The translations under genes and the position numbers were made by a program. Below are positions 34,601 to 46,050 of a DNA stretch of 64,000 bases, one piece after another. The stretch covers positions 248,001 through 312,000 of the forward strand of contig JAKMXF010000299.1 in assembly GCA_024704765.1 (NCBI GenBank), written 5' to 3'. Under the pieces are notes generated by a model. That model did no database searches and was not told where the DNA came from. It saw nothing but the letters and a program-made list of their open reading frames with translations. Within the stretch, counting starts at the first letter, position 1. Each line of letters opens with the position of its first letter. Origin of the DNA: Oopsacas minuta (lineage: Eukaryota > Animalia > Porifera).

Positions 34601-37578
34601 GGGATATATACGGTCAAAAGTAATCGCGAATATGTGCTAGGAGATGGCTGACATGATTCGTTCGTTTATTAGCAATCGTTGTTTAACATAAGTGCTAAAT
34701 ACAGCGACAATGAGAAGAGAATGTTCAATAGAATATAAGCCAGTTCCTGATGTATGTTGTTGTGTGGCACAAATACTGGAATTAGCGAACTGCTATGAAA
34801 TGAAATGATGACATAATAAAATGACCTTTTACAAATTGCAGAAGTAGGTTTGCTGACAATTACAATTAGTTATTACAATCTCCATTAAGCTATATATAAA
34901 TATTGAGTTTCAATTTGAACTTACAATTAAGTAAGGTCAAATTAAAACTTGAATCACACTGAAAGCCCGTGGGATATAAGACACACCCTGAAAAAATCTA
35001 GACGTGTAAAAGATCCATATTACCGCATTCTAATTCTTCTAACTACTCAATATAAATAGGATTCAAGTGAAAATTGTTCATTATTGCAGTTCATGAAAAT
35101 GTTTGATGATTTTCCTTACACCGATTGTACATCAACAAACCATTATAATAAATTAGAAAGGTTGAAAAATGAGATTTTGAGCACAAAGGTCGAAGTTCAC
35201 AACAAAATTATACAGTACAGAATTTGGCTAGACGAAAAGGAGAGTGATATTCTCCGCGAATTTGACCAGATTTATCACGAGTTAGATTCAATGTTAACAC
35301 TGCACTATGGAGAAATCGCAGATTTGGAAAGAAAGTTGAGGTTAATTAACGAATCTTTTGAAATAGATTTCGTGGGTTTCGCAAAAGGAAAGGATTATAT
35401 TGCAATACAAGATAAATTACAAGAACTGTCAAATAAAACTTTTCAAATACCATCTCTACAAGTAAAATGGGATGATGAAGAATTTCACGCGAAAATTCAC
35501 ACCTTGTGTAGGTTAACAACACGTCTCCCGCCTTACCAAGAGAGGAACATTCCGATTTGGGGAGGGGTCTCGAAAGAGAACGATTACAGTCCTGTTTGGG
35601 GTCCCGTGTCAATTGCAACACATCCAATCTCCGAAGATATATTTGTAACAGAAGCAAAACAAAACAGAATTCAAATCTACTCAAAAAACGGGAAATTGCA
35701 GAGCAGTTTAAAAGACAAACACTTAAAACATCCATGGTACATTTGTCTCTCTAACACACATTTATACGTTTCCTGCTTCCATAGTAATACAATACATAAA
35801 TTCAATCTTGCCAGTAGAAAGAAACAAGCTATAGTACAATCACCTAATTTACTATCTGGCTTAACAATTGGGAGAAATAGCGTGTATGCTTGTGTTTGTG
35901 AGGACAGTGAGATTATCGAGTACGATATGAATCTGAAAAAACTTCAAACAATAAAGCTTAACATCCAGAAAGGTGTCAAAATCTATGACATAAAGTTTGT
36001 TGATGATAAGTTCTATATCGTAACAGACGGCTCTTATACAATTCAGGTGTTCTCAAAAACTGGTGAAGCGATAGATAGATTAATCCCAAACTATTCAGTA
36101 GGAAGAATATGTCATTTTGACATAGACAGACAAATGAGTTTTATACTTACAGACACGAATGACCATCAAATAAAGATCTTCTCACAGAAAGGAAAACTCA
36201 TACACACTCTAGGAAAGAAGGGAAATAGAGCTGGTGAGTTAATGTATCCAGAAGGTGTAGTCTTAGATAAAAATGAGAGAATACTCGTTTGGGATTTTAA
36301 AGAATCAAATAGACTACAAATGTTCTAACTTAAATTAGTAAAATAAGTAATCTCCCATTTTGTATATGATTTGTATATCAATCTTTTTAGAAGAATATTA
36401 ATATTGTTTGCGATTTTTAGTAAAATTTCGTTCCGTAAGGTGTGATGAGAAATTTGCAGAAAATTTGTGAACTTAAAAAAACATATACTCCACAATCCAC
36501 ATGATGTTATCATAAGTAGCCAATTCATGGAAAATTATATCAAAAATTTCCAACTAACAGTGGTTTGACAAGTTAATGTAATTGTTTAAATATTTCCAGA
36601 ATCTACCTTTGAGTAGAGACAGAGATCTTGTATCAGCCACATCTAATCTCAGTTTAGACATAACGGAAGCTTTAACATGCAAATCTGACTCAAATTTCTG
36701 CATATCATCCAGTGCATCACACAGAGTACTAGCCTAAAACACACAAGTATAATAACACAGCTGGGCCAGGGATAAAGTGTTACTTATACCTTAAAATCAG
36801 GGACATCTCTTATAGGTAGATTCTCAGCAGAAGGGAGTTTAATAATAACAGTGTGAGGCCCCACTATAATACAATATATATATATATCAATAGAGAAGGA
36901 TTAATAGCTATTGTATGAGATAGCTAACTTGTTATACGTTTCTTTAGCTCTTCAATAAATCGTTTATCATAGACTTTACGTTCCTTCCATATTTTGAATA
37001 TTCGCTCGATTGATGTTTGAATTTTTTGACCACTAAATTTGAATAAATAAGTTAAGAACAGTAAACTCGCGTTATAATGAAATGATTCTTTACACTCTAA
37101 GTTGATCCTTCTCAAATCACACAGTTTTATGTAAAGCTTGATATCTATAACTTACCTAGCAAATAGTGAAGCGTCTAACAAATGTGGTTTCAGGGCTGAA
37201 TGGAAAATAGGCACTCCTTTCCGTCTGCTATTCTGTAGGACATCATTAGCCAGATAGAACAATAAGAGGCGTTTCTCTGGGTCACCTATAAATACAGGAT
37301 TAAGTCTCGGATCTCATCCATGGTATAGTAATACAAATCAAACAAAATAGAGTCTGCATGTTTCAACTGTGAATACCAATTGTACATATAGGTAACCAAG
37401 AGGACATACTAAACCTCCACAACTTACTCTCTTTGAAACTTTCCTTCCATATTCTAACAGAATCCTCTGCATATTGTTTATGATGAATTATCCAATGTGA
37501 GAGAGTTTCTATGCTTTCTTGAGATGAGTTAAGTCGGTGGAGTTTGTCTTGTAATGATTTCTTATTAAAACTCGACAT
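31680..37578 (-). CDS. RPRD2: RNA Pol II CTD-interacting protein RPRD2-like. Exons 37578-37428, 37285-37156, 37032-36929, 36863-~36790, ~36735-36607, 33695-33520, 33170-31680.
   Basis: CID domain SQESIETLSHWIIHH, RLLLFYLANDVLQNSRRK, SIERIFKIWKERKVY; KDKSDGGKFLNEF spans the 2.9-kb intron; long Pro-rich tail as in RPRD2. Confidence 0.88.
35051..35058 (+). promoter_or_regulatory. Candidate TATA box of nested NHL gene
   Basis: TATAAATA starting 42 nt upstream of the ATG at 35093; such motifs are frequent by chance in AT-rich DNA. Confidence 0.35.
35093..36328 (+). CDS. Coiled-coil + NHL-repeat protein nested antisense in RPRD2 intron; intronless
   Basis: Coiled coil, then NHL blades (GPVSIATHPISEDIFVTE, HPWYICLS, FILTDTNDHQIKIFS, GELMYPEGVVLD). 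It lies wholly within intron 33696-36606. Confidence 0.85.
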   Translation: MKMFDDFPYTDCTSTNHYNKLERLKNEILSTKVEVHNKIIQYRIWLDEKESDILREFDQIYHELDSMLTLHYGEIADLERKLRLINESFEIDFVGFAKGKDYIAIQDKLQELSNKTFQIPSLQVKWDDEEFHAKIHTLCRLTTRLPPYQERNIPIWGGVSKENDYSPVWGPVSIATHPISEDIFVTEAKQNRIQIYSKNGKLQSSLKDKHLKHPWYICLSNTHLYVSCFHSNTIHKFNLASRKKQAIVQSPNLLSGLTIGRNSVYACVCEDSEIIEYDMNLKKLQTIKLNIQKGVKIYDIKFVDDKFYIVTDGSYTIQVFSKTGEAIDRLIPNYSVGRICHFDIDRQMSFILTDTNDHQIKIFSQKGKLIHTLGKKGNRAGELMYPEGVVLDKNERILVWDFKESNRLQMF

Positions 37579-37811
37579 AAGTATGCTTGAAATATAAATA
37601 AAGAGTTACGAGTGGTAGTAAATGTTGAATTAATATTGAATTAATAATGTATATGACAACAGACGGACTCCGCAATGCTAACTAGTGTAAATTCGTTGAA
37701 AAGTATATGATATGTCCATATGCTATAAGAGAGGGTTTTTGAGAATCAATTATGAGTGAAATTAATGATAGCTGATTTAGTTATTTATTTCTAAGGTAAG
37801 TTAAATCGGAT

Positions 37812-39089
37812 TTATATCTTTTGGATATTTTTTCTCTTGAAAAGTGCTACAAAAAATCCTATAGTTCTATCATTTTCGGGACTAGCTCGTAAGCAGTAGT
37901 GTCCATATTCAAATGATTCATTCTTCCCTCTACTCTCCCATTCAGGGAGTATAAATTCCAAATTGAAGGATTCTGCATAACTCTCCAATGCCTCCTTCAC
38001 TACCATTTCATTTTCTTCTTGGTAGATAGAGCAGGTAGAATAAACGACCTTCTGTACAGAGGGGAAGGATAGTGCATGTTTCAATGCCATCACTTGAAAA
38101 TTCTGGAGTTTTCCTAACCTCATACTGAGTTCATTCGATTTATCTTGAATAGGTTGGTCAACTCGATTTGCCATCCCTGACCCACTGCATGAAGGATCAA
38201 CTAAAATGTATTCTACATCCGTATAATCACTTGGTTTCACTTTTAAGAAATCATGACGTATCGCTTCGACATATGTAGCTTCCCATCTTTTTAGATTCTT
38301 TTTCATTTCATTCAACCGATGTTTGTCTATATCAAATGCATAAATCTTACCAGTCTTATTGAGTAGTGAGGCGAGGAACGATGTTTTGTTGCCAGGGGCA
38401 GCACAAGCATCGATAATAACAGAGTTCTTGGCAGGTGCCAGTATATGAGCTGGTATACAACTAGCTTTATCTTGGAAAATGAGGTAACCCTTCTCAACTA
38501 TTGGCTGGAGATATTTCGTAGCGTTTCGGGAGAATACTAGTAAATTAGGGATGGTGTGGTCGTTAAAATATGTAAAATCTTTGTTGAATTGAGTTGTAGC
38601 CTTCAATTCACCAAGAAAAATAAAATTTTCTCTCTTCAAAACATTTTGACATTCTTCTAGAGTTGTCATCAGTGTATTTACACGTACATATCGCGGTAAT
38701 ATTACAATCTCAGTTGCTTCCGTTACTGAAGTACGAATAGCTTCAAATTGTGTGCGTAGCTCATTTTTGTATTTGAGAACTTCTCTTTTCCATTGTCCAC
38801 CTCCACTTATAGCTTTCCTGAATAATAAATCATACGTCATCAACACCAATGAGTAGTGTGGTATAGGGATAGACAATATTTCATCCATTTTTGCATATTT
38901 TATTAGTTTCTCGATAAGTTCATAATTCTTCAATGTATTTATTACCAAGGCGAAAATGCGTTTTTTCAGTGATAAAGGTTTTTCTTTCAAATTCCTAAAC
39001 TTCGATTTGAAAATAAGAGATTCCAGTGAGCCTTCCTTTTCTATGAATTTTCGTAATATTTCTCCTCCAATTTTATATTCAAATGCCAT
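37812..39089 (-). CDS. NSUN5: 28S rRNA (cytosine-C5) methyltransferase NSUN5
   Basis: PRYVRVNTL, IFQDKASC, IIDACAAPGNKT, ILVDPSCSGSG, VVYSTCSIYQEENE. Likely start MAFEYK at 39089. Confidence 0.95.
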   Translation of the reverse strand: MAFEYKIGGEILRKFIEKEGSLESLIFKSKFRNLKEKPLSLKKRIFALVINTLKNYELIEKLIKYAKMDEILSIPIPHYSLVLMTYDLLFRKAISGGGQWKREVLKYKNELRTQFEAIRTSVTEATEIVILPRYVRVNTLMTTLEECQNVLKRENFIFLGELKATTQFNKDFTYFNDHTIPNLLVFSRNATKYLQPIVEKGYLIFQDKASCIPAHILAPAKNSVIIDACAAPGNKTSFLASLLNKTGKIYAFDIDKHRLNEMKKNLKRWEATYVEAIRHDFLKVKPSDYTDVEYILVDPSCSGSGMANRVDQPIQDKSNELSMRLGKLQNFQVMALKHALSFPSVQKVVYSTCSIYQEENEMVVKEALESYAESFNLEFILPEWESRGKNESFEYGHYCLRASPENDRTIGFFVALFKRKNIQKI

Positions 39090-39267
39090 TACAAAGTTCA
39101 AATGATTATTGAAACATATTGAATTGCCTATCTCTGAATACTGGCTATACAATTCTCTATCCACAGTCCAAGAATGTTGTTGATATACTGCCATGATATG
39201 GTGTGAAATGATGTGAATATGCAATAAATATGTATTTTGAGCCTATTCAAAATTTTCGTCTCCTATC
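39090..39267. promoter_or_regulatory. Candidate bidirectional promoter / strand-switch region
   Basis: 178 bp between divergent start codons; the only divergence point between long same-strand gene runs. Confidence 0.5.
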
Positions 39268-40509
39268 ATGACAAATATCCACATTTCTATTTCTTTTCTC
39301 CTTTTCGTCCTGCTTCCACTCTTCCACTCAGAAAACACTACTGACACTGACCATTATTTCATATACTATGGTAACCATCAGATACCTTGTGAGAATGGTA
39401 ACGCAGATATGAATGTAAATTGGTACAAAGATTCTGAGGAAATTTCTATACTTGCCCTAACCGATGTCACAGTTGATAACGATGGTTCATTACACTTTTC
39501 TAACTTTATATTTGCTCATGCTGGCCACTATATCTGTGAAAATGCCTCGTCTGGGTTCAATCTCTTCATAGATTGTGGACCGTTTGCATTAGAAAGTACT
39601 GTGAGCCTTGTTAGTATATGTGAGTGTAATTCTGGTTACTACAGGAATATCTCTGCATCCTATTATACATGTACCCTATGTCCTCTTTCAACATATAAGC
39701 CACATCCTGGTAACCATGATTGTTTTTCATGCCCTATGTCAAGAGTAACATTATCAACAGGGTCAACAGATGACGCTGATTGCATTTGTATATCTGGTTA
39801 CGGAACAATAGACTTAATGGATTTATGTGTACCATGTCCTGCGGATTATTACCAACCTAATTCAGCGTATACTGCCTGTGTGTCATGTCCACTATACTCT
39901 GCTACACCCCAAGCAATGGGTGAAGTTGATGCTGAAGGTTTTACTATGCAATCAGACTGTATTTGTCAGTATACTCAAGGAAATGCGGACAACTCAACCT
40001 GTTATGCATACGCTACGAGTCCAGTTGTTTCTATTATTGATATCACACAAACTTCGTTTGTAGTATCTTTCGAAAGGCAAGAGTTTGCTCGAGCTGAAGA
40101 TGGTTCTCTACGAGGGAATATAGACCGTTATTTGGTTGAAGTTTCCATATCTACAACTTCATCTCTTTTCCAATTTGAACGAATAGATAATCTAACCGGA
40201 TTAACCACCATAAATGTAGAAATAAATGGATTGGAAAGTGGAAATGTTTACAAAATTGTAGTTACGTCATTTGTACTTGATATGAAAGGTGAACCATCAG
40301 TAGTTGAAATAACATCAGCTTTACCTACAACGACTACCCCAATCACTACAAAAACACCCACTACTATAACTAAACCCATTACCACATCAACTGACATCAC
40401 TATTACTAAAATTATCGTCTTTTCGACTGCAATAAGCAATTTACCATCTAATGGAATGTTATTGTTATTGAATCTAATCTCCCTAATGACAATCTGTTTC
40501 TACTTCTAA
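39268..40509 (+). CDS. Cell-surface protein: signal peptide, Ig domain, two Eph-like Cys-rich (GCC2_GCC3) repeats, FN3, Thr-rich stalk, GPI-type hydrophobic tail
   Basis: C...VNWYKD...GSLHF...YIC Ig pattern; CPLSTYKPHPGNHDCFSCP and CPADYYQPNSAYTACVSCP; GLESGNVYKIVV FN3; TTTPITTKTPTT; C-terminal MLLLLNLISLMTICFYF. Confidence 0.75.
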   Translation: MTNIHISISFLLFVLLPLFHSENTTDTDHYFIYYGNHQIPCENGNADMNVNWYKDSEEISILALTDVTVDNDGSLHFSNFIFAHAGHYICENASSGFNLFIDCGPFALESTVSLVSICECNSGYYRNISASYYTCTLCPLSTYKPHPGNHDCFSCPMSRVTLSTGSTDDADCICISGYGTIDLMDLCVPCPADYYQPNSAYTACVSCPLYSATPQAMGEVDAEGFTMQSDCICQYTQGNADNSTCYAYATSPVVSIIDITQTSFVVSFERQEFARAEDGSLRGNIDRYLVEVSISTTSSLFQFERIDNLTGLTTINVEINGLESGNVYKIVVTSFVLDMKGEPSVVEITSALPTTTTPITTKTPTTITKPITTSTDITITKIIVFSTAISNLPSNGMLLLLNLISLMTICFYF

Positions 40510-41306
40510 CCTCAACTAATATCCCATATTTCCTATTTAAAAGAATTTTTATCATTTATTCTCAATTTTATTACATTGGAATAATTGCATTGATATTAGT
40601 TCTTTTCCCTTTTTAAATACAATATTTTGTTTGGAAACCGGTCGCTACAATAATTGTAAGATATCCCTTTTGTGTGAATCCGGCCACGGCCACGGGTAAT
40701 GAAAGTTACGAAACGCACTTCTTGTCAATAATATAATTCTAGAGACTTTTATTGACTTATTACAATTCTTCCAGTATTAATTGCAAGTCCATATATGGTG
40801 TTGTTATCTATTTAAGAACGATATTTCCAGAATTTATTCAAATGTTGTACAGTCTGTTTCTTGCAAGACATTAACCAGGTTGTTTGATAGCATTTCATTT
40901 ATCTGAATCATTCGTACAGGTTCAGTTTTCGTTATCGATATGTTATCATTTCTCCTTTGTAATTATTAATTAATTTGCATACATCTCTTTTCCTAGGCTT
41001 TCTACCATTTGTTCAATCTTACCAATAAATGTTGTATGTCTTTAGTTTATCTAGGTTTTGGCACCTAGAAATAAGAGAACATTATTAGATTTCAGTTAGA
41101 ACGTTTAATTCTTAACTGGATATCTGAAATTTGGTTTATTTATTGAATTTCTAAGTTGTACATGTCCAGATAATTAGATAGATCTCATTTTAATTAATAT
41201 TTCTTACAATAATTTTGCTTGTTTATAGTGTAAATTGGTTAGACATAGAAATTATAATTTCCCTTCAAGTTATTTTTGCCTTTAAAATTGGTATACACTA
41301 CTACTG

Positions 41307-41462
41307 CAGTGGTGTTTGCCTATTAGCAATTCGCCTGATGGTAAGTTTTTCAGGGACTCATTGTCCATTTGTATTGGAAATAATTCTAATTAAGGAAGTT
41401 CGTGAACTATTAGTAACTAAAATTCAAGCAAAATACGGCTTGCTAATAGGCGAACTCCACTT
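41307..41462. mobile_element. MITE family C
   Basis: CAGTGGTGTTTGCCTATTAGCAA ... TTGCTAATAGGCGAACTCCACTT. Confidence 0.8.
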
Positions 41463-41553
41463 TATTGCCTAGAATATTCACTTGATAATTTATTGTTTCC
41501 TTTATTTATTCTGTAGAAAAGGCATACACATATACACATATACATATGTACAT

Positions 41554-44500
41554 ATGTCATCTTGTTGTTCTGAATCTAAAAACTTCGACGATCTAACTCC
41601 AGAGCAAATATTCATAGCATTTTCAAATCTAACATCACAAAATGTTGAACCATGTTGTGAACACATCCTCGACCATTATAACGCCATCAACAAGAAGCTA
41701 GGAATGACAGGTCTCTCCGGTCTCAATTACTATCGTAAACTAAAGTCACACATTGTTAACAACCTACGTGCTAAGGCCATATGGGAGATTCTAGACAAGA
41801 GATCTGCAAATAGTAGTTACAATAAACAGAAAACTTGTAAGAATTATAGGATTGCGATAATTGGTGCTGGTCCAGTCGGCTTGAGAATGGCAATTGAAGG
41901 TCTCCTGTTAGGCGCTGAGGTACACGTTATCGAAAAGCGAACATCTTTCACACGAAATAACGTAGCACATCTCTGGCATTTCACGATTGAAGATTTCAAA
42001 ATGTTAGGTGTGAAAAAGTTGTATGGTGGGTTTTGTGCGGGGAATATTAATCACATTTCAATTCGTCGTATACAGTGTATTTTTCTACAAATCAGTCTTA
42101 TGTTGGGGGTTCAATTTCACGCACCGTTAGAATATGTTGACATAACCGAGCCTGATGAAGAAGGGAAACACAAATGGCGATTAAAACTAGATCAACCTGA
42201 TCACCCTGTTGCCAATGTTGATTTTGACTTTATAGTCGCTGCAGATGGAGCTCGCACTAGTTTCCGCAGTCTTATTTCACACAACATAAAGCCTGGGAAA
42301 TTGTGTTTAGGAATAACTGCTAATTTTGTGAACACACGGTCACAGAAAGAAATGGAAGTACAAAGTATTGCTGGAGTAGCTGCTATCTATGATCAACAAT
42401 TTTTCCGATCTTTGAAATCTGAGAAAGATATCGAACTTGAGAATATTGTCTACTACAAGGATGATACACATTATTTCGTAATGACAGCGCGAAAGAAGAA
42501 TTTACTCGCGAAAAAAGTGTTGAATAGCGATGGTAAAGAATTAGGCGATTTATGCCGCAGAGAGAATATTAATTATGAAATGTTAATCAAATACGTCAGA
42601 GATGTCAATGATTTCGCGACAGGATTAGAACTTGATTTCTACATTAAAAAAGACAAACGTCCTGACGTATCTCTATTCGATTTCAGTCGCCGAGCTGTAT
42701 CAACAAATGCCTGTAAAATGTATCAAAGACACGGTGCTACAATGACAGTGTTATTAATCGGTGATAGCTTAATCGAGCCATTCTGGCCCTTAGGCACTGG
42801 GCTTGCTTTGGGAGTTCTCACGGTTCTAGACACAGCTTGGTTTATTAAAGGTTTCGCGGAAGGTGTAATGACTCCGTTAGAGCTAATCTCTTATAGAGAG
42901 TGTCTTTTTAAACTTCTCAATTCTGAGTTCAACTCAAATAATCTACTAAAGCCTTTTTCTAACTATACGATAGATCCAACAACTCGCTACCCTAATTTCC
43001 AACTACCTACCAAGATCTCACAGGAAATACAGCAAAAATACAAATTTCTGTATGTCAAAGATATTGGCAGTAAATGGCAAGGCATACACACTGCTAGTAC
43101 TACTGCTCTTAACTTAGATCCCAATAACGTTGTTAACACTCAAGCATTTAACAAGGAGAAGCCTAGAAATATTCAGGATGAGTTACAATCCAGATTCAAA
43201 GATAAACCTGCTCAGAAGAAGAATATTAATGTCGGAAATGATCAAATAGCTCAGATGCAGCACTGGTTTAAAGAAGTTCTTTCTCAGAGCCAAATTCTGG
43301 TCGATAAAACTAACTTTTGGGCTACTTTCAAAGACGGAAATGCATTCGCGTTTATAATTTCGAAATATAGACCTGAACTATTGGATATGAAAGAAGTGAG
43401 TGGTTTAAACACACTCGAGAGATTGGAAAGAGTGTTTAAAATCGCAGATGAGGATTTTGGGATCTCTCCAATGTTTAAACCTTCAAAATTTCTATTCCAC
43501 CCTGACCAACTTGAAGTAATATACTATCTATTGCAATGGTACAATTTCTTCAAACACGAATCAATGAACTCAAAGAGCACTCTCCGTTTCAGTCGTATTT
43601 ATAGTAAATTGACATTTAAGAGAAAACACGGAGGAACTAAAAGGGATAGTAAAGCGAGAGGCGATGCATCTAAACTGTTCCAAAAAGCGCAAGATAATAC
43701 GGACTCTATCTGCCGCAAATGTGATACATTTATATACACAACTGAGAAAGTTTCCGCAGAAGGTACGTTCTTCCATAGAAGATGTTTTACCTGTGAATTC
43801 TCGAATTGTAATACACAACTGACAAGTAACAATTGCTCTGTATATCATAATGAAGATCATACGATCACGTTTCTATGTCCCTACCATTTCAATTCAATTC
43901 AATCAGCTGATTTCGCTACAGGCTGCAACACACTGAAACACGTTAAGGATATGGCACATCTTACTACAGAGCAGATAGCATCTAAAGCAAGTGAAGTAAG
44001 AGATCGAGCTATAACTGTTGATGATGCTGCGCCGGCTATTCCTATTAAACAGGTTCAACCTATTCTATCTAATATGCCATCGAAGAAAGAGAGATCTACT
44101 ACTCAACCATTGCTTGATAGTCCTGTTTCACACTCGAAATCTGTTTCTCAGGAGTTTAATGGAGAATCAAGATTACCTACAGTCAATTCGTCAATACCTA
44201 AATCTGAATCACAAAAACATATTACAGAAACACCAAAATCTCCTGTCTTTTCACCATCACCTACAAATGGTCTACAACAACCTACAGTAAATTCACAGAA
44301 ACCTATAAATAGCCCAGATACTACTGTGCCATATCTTCCTGCTAAACCATCAAAATATGACATCAAGGTTACAGATCCTCAAGCTGCGCTCCGCTCTCCC
44401 GCCAAGAAGTTATTAGCTAATCTCTCCCCCACACATCCTTATAATCAGGCCAGAAAGCTCTCAGAAGTTGCCTCAAGTGACAGTCCCCCTGTTCTACCTA

Positions 44501-46050
44501 AATTTGTCTCTAACGATATTCTCTCTTCCCCTGGAGAAGATACAACAGTAACTACTCCTATATCTCCACCTGAACTGTTACAACACGAATTACAGGATGC
44601 TGTAAGACTTCGTACACACACTCAACCTAATACAAATCCTCACAAAAAATCATCATATTGCCCCAATCCAAATCGCCAACATAGATATGTTACAAATAAT
44701 CTATCAGAACAATTTCCAATGGACGAGGATACAGCATTTATTTCTAATACTACGCCAAGAAATAGACTATCAAATTATCCATCAAACTCACACAAAACGT
44801 CAATGGTTGATCTTCTAAGCAGTAGAGAAGAAAATGATGACGTAGGTCCCAATGTTCAAGTATTTCATCGTTATAATATTTTCAAAGCTCAGAGCAGTGA
44901 ATCATTACTTCGTGGTTCATTTAACTTAACCAATGAACATTTTAATCCGCGGGCAGCTACCAAACACAAACGTCGTTACACAGAGGACCAAATGGTTCTA
45001 AGAGACAATGTTAAACGTCTATCCCAGGTTAAAGAATCAATTGAGAACCATCCTCTGAGTTCGAGGAATAGCATTGAAGTGCAGGCTCTTAAAGCAGAGC
45101 AAATTTTTCTTGAAAAAACGATTGCTAAAGAGAGACACTTGAGTTTACAATCACAAACAAACAATAAAGAAATCCCACAAAAACAACAACAGAACACTGC
45201 AATACTCAAACATGGATCTGTACTTGAAGTCAAAATAGAACCCGAGACATGTGAATATGAATCAGTTGACTGTGAAACACCTAGGACCGAGCATACACGT
45301 AGTCTATGTACTCCACCTAAGGAGCATTATAGAATCCGTCTCAGCGCGCATTCAGGTCAAAACTCTCTATACAGATCCAAGCGGTATCGATCCACTAGGG
45401 TAACTAACATACAAACTCCTCAAAAACCTGTTGTTCATACTGACTCATTCGGACCTGGACAAAGCAGTGATGATGAAAATGATTTCGATGCTGTCCAGGC
45501 TCAAAACCAAAAGGAACAAGACGCATTCCGCAGAGCTATTGAGTTGGATGAAGAGATGGATTTAGTTCAACAGAAAATATTAGTTTTGGAAGAAAGAGGG
45601 AAATATTATGAAAGTAAGATTCGTAATATTGATGATGCAAATGATGAGAATATGGTGCGTTATCTGAAGGACTGGTCGGATATAATTGAGAGTAAAAACG
45701 AGCTGGTTAGGGTAGACAGAGATCTGAGTTTAGAGTTCAAAGAGTTACAGCTAAAAGATGAATTATTCCGTGTAGAGAATGAGCTGAGGAAAAAAGAGAT
45801 AACAGATACTAAATTCAAAGGCGTTGAAAGTAAAGCTCTTATTAACGAGAAAATGACAATCGTTGAAGAAATGGACGAATTAGTCGCTCAAATTGACAGA
45901 GAACGAATTAATGAACTAGAGGAAGACGAGTACAGGAATTCTAAGCTTCCACATGCTATTCAAACTTTCACTGGAATAATGTCCGATGCTATTTTTGTGG
46001 AAAACCCAAAAGGTAATCGAAGCAGATTAAGTAAATACAAAGATTATTGA
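41554..46050 (+). CDS. MICAL: MICAL-family F-actin monooxygenase (MO + CH + LIM + C-terminal bMERB coiled coil); single exon
   Basis: GAGPVGLR FAD motif, TRNNVAHLW, ENIVYYKDDTHYFVMTA, LIGDSLIEPFWPLGTG, CH (FKDGNAFAFII..YRPEL), LIM (CRKC...FHRRCFTC...CPYH). Likely start MSSCC at 41554. Confidence 0.95.
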   Translation: MSSCCSESKNFDDLTPEQIFIAFSNLTSQNVEPCCEHILDHYNAINKKLGMTGLSGLNYYRKLKSHIVNNLRAKAIWEILDKRSANSSYNKQKTCKNYRIAIIGAGPVGLRMAIEGLLLGAEVHVIEKRTSFTRNNVAHLWHFTIEDFKMLGVKKLYGGFCAGNINHISIRRIQCIFLQISLMLGVQFHAPLEYVDITEPDEEGKHKWRLKLDQPDHPVANVDFDFIVAADGARTSFRSLISHNIKPGKLCLGITANFVNTRSQKEMEVQSIAGVAAIYDQQFFRSLKSEKDIELENIVYYKDDTHYFVMTARKKNLLAKKVLNSDGKELGDLCRRENINYEMLIKYVRDVNDFATGLELDFYIKKDKRPDVSLFDFSRRAVSTNACKMYQRHGATMTVLLIGDSLIEPFWPLGTGLALGVLTVLDTAWFIKGFAEGVMTPLELISYRECLFKLLNSEFNSNNLLKPFSNYTIDPTTRYPNFQLPTKISQEIQQKYKFLYVKDIGSKWQGIHTASTTALNLDPNNVVNTQAFNKEKPRNIQDELQSRFKDKPAQKKNINVGNDQIAQMQHWFKEVLSQSQILVDKTNFWATFKDGNAFAFIISKYRPELLDMKEVSGLNTLERLERVFKIADEDFGISPMFKPSKFLFHPDQLEVIYYLLQWYNFFKHESMNSKSTLRFSRIYSKLTFKRKHGGTKRDSKARGDASKLFQKAQDNTDSICRKCDTFIYTTEKVSAEGTFFHRRCFTCEFSNCNTQLTSNNCSVYHNEDHTITFLCPYHFNSIQSADFATGCNTLKHVKDMAHLTTEQIASKASEVRDRAITVDDAAPAIPIKQVQPILSNMPSKKERSTTQPLLDSPVSHSKSVSQEFNGESRLPTVNSSIPKSESQKHITETPKSPVFSPSPTNGLQQPTVNSQKPINSPDTTVPYLPAKPSKYDIKVTDPQAALRSPAKKLLANLSPTHPYNQARKLSEVASSDSPPVLPKFVSNDILSSPGEDTTVTTPISPPELLQHELQDAVRLRTHTQPNTNPHKKSSYCPNPNRQHRYVTNNLSEQFPMDEDTAFISNTTPRNRLSNYPSNSHKTSMVDLLSSREENDDVGPNVQVFHRYNIFKAQSSESLLRGSFNLTNEHFNPRAATKHKRRYTEDQMVLRDNVKRLSQVKESIENHPLSSRNSIEVQALKAEQIFLEKTIAKERHLSLQSQTNNKEIPQKQQQNTAILKHGSVLEVKIEPETCEYESVDCETPRTEHTRSLCTPPKEHYRIRLSAHSGQNSLYRSKRYRSTRVTNIQTPQKPVVHTDSFGPGQSSDDENDFDAVQAQNQKEQDAFRRAIELDEEMDLVQQKILVLEERGKYYESKIRNIDDANDENMVRYLKDWSDIIESKNELVRVDRDLSLEFKELQLKDELFRVENELRKKEITDTKFKGVESKALINEKMTIVEEMDELVAQIDRERINELEEDEYRNSKLPHAIQTFTGIMSDAIFVENPKGNRSRLSKYKDY

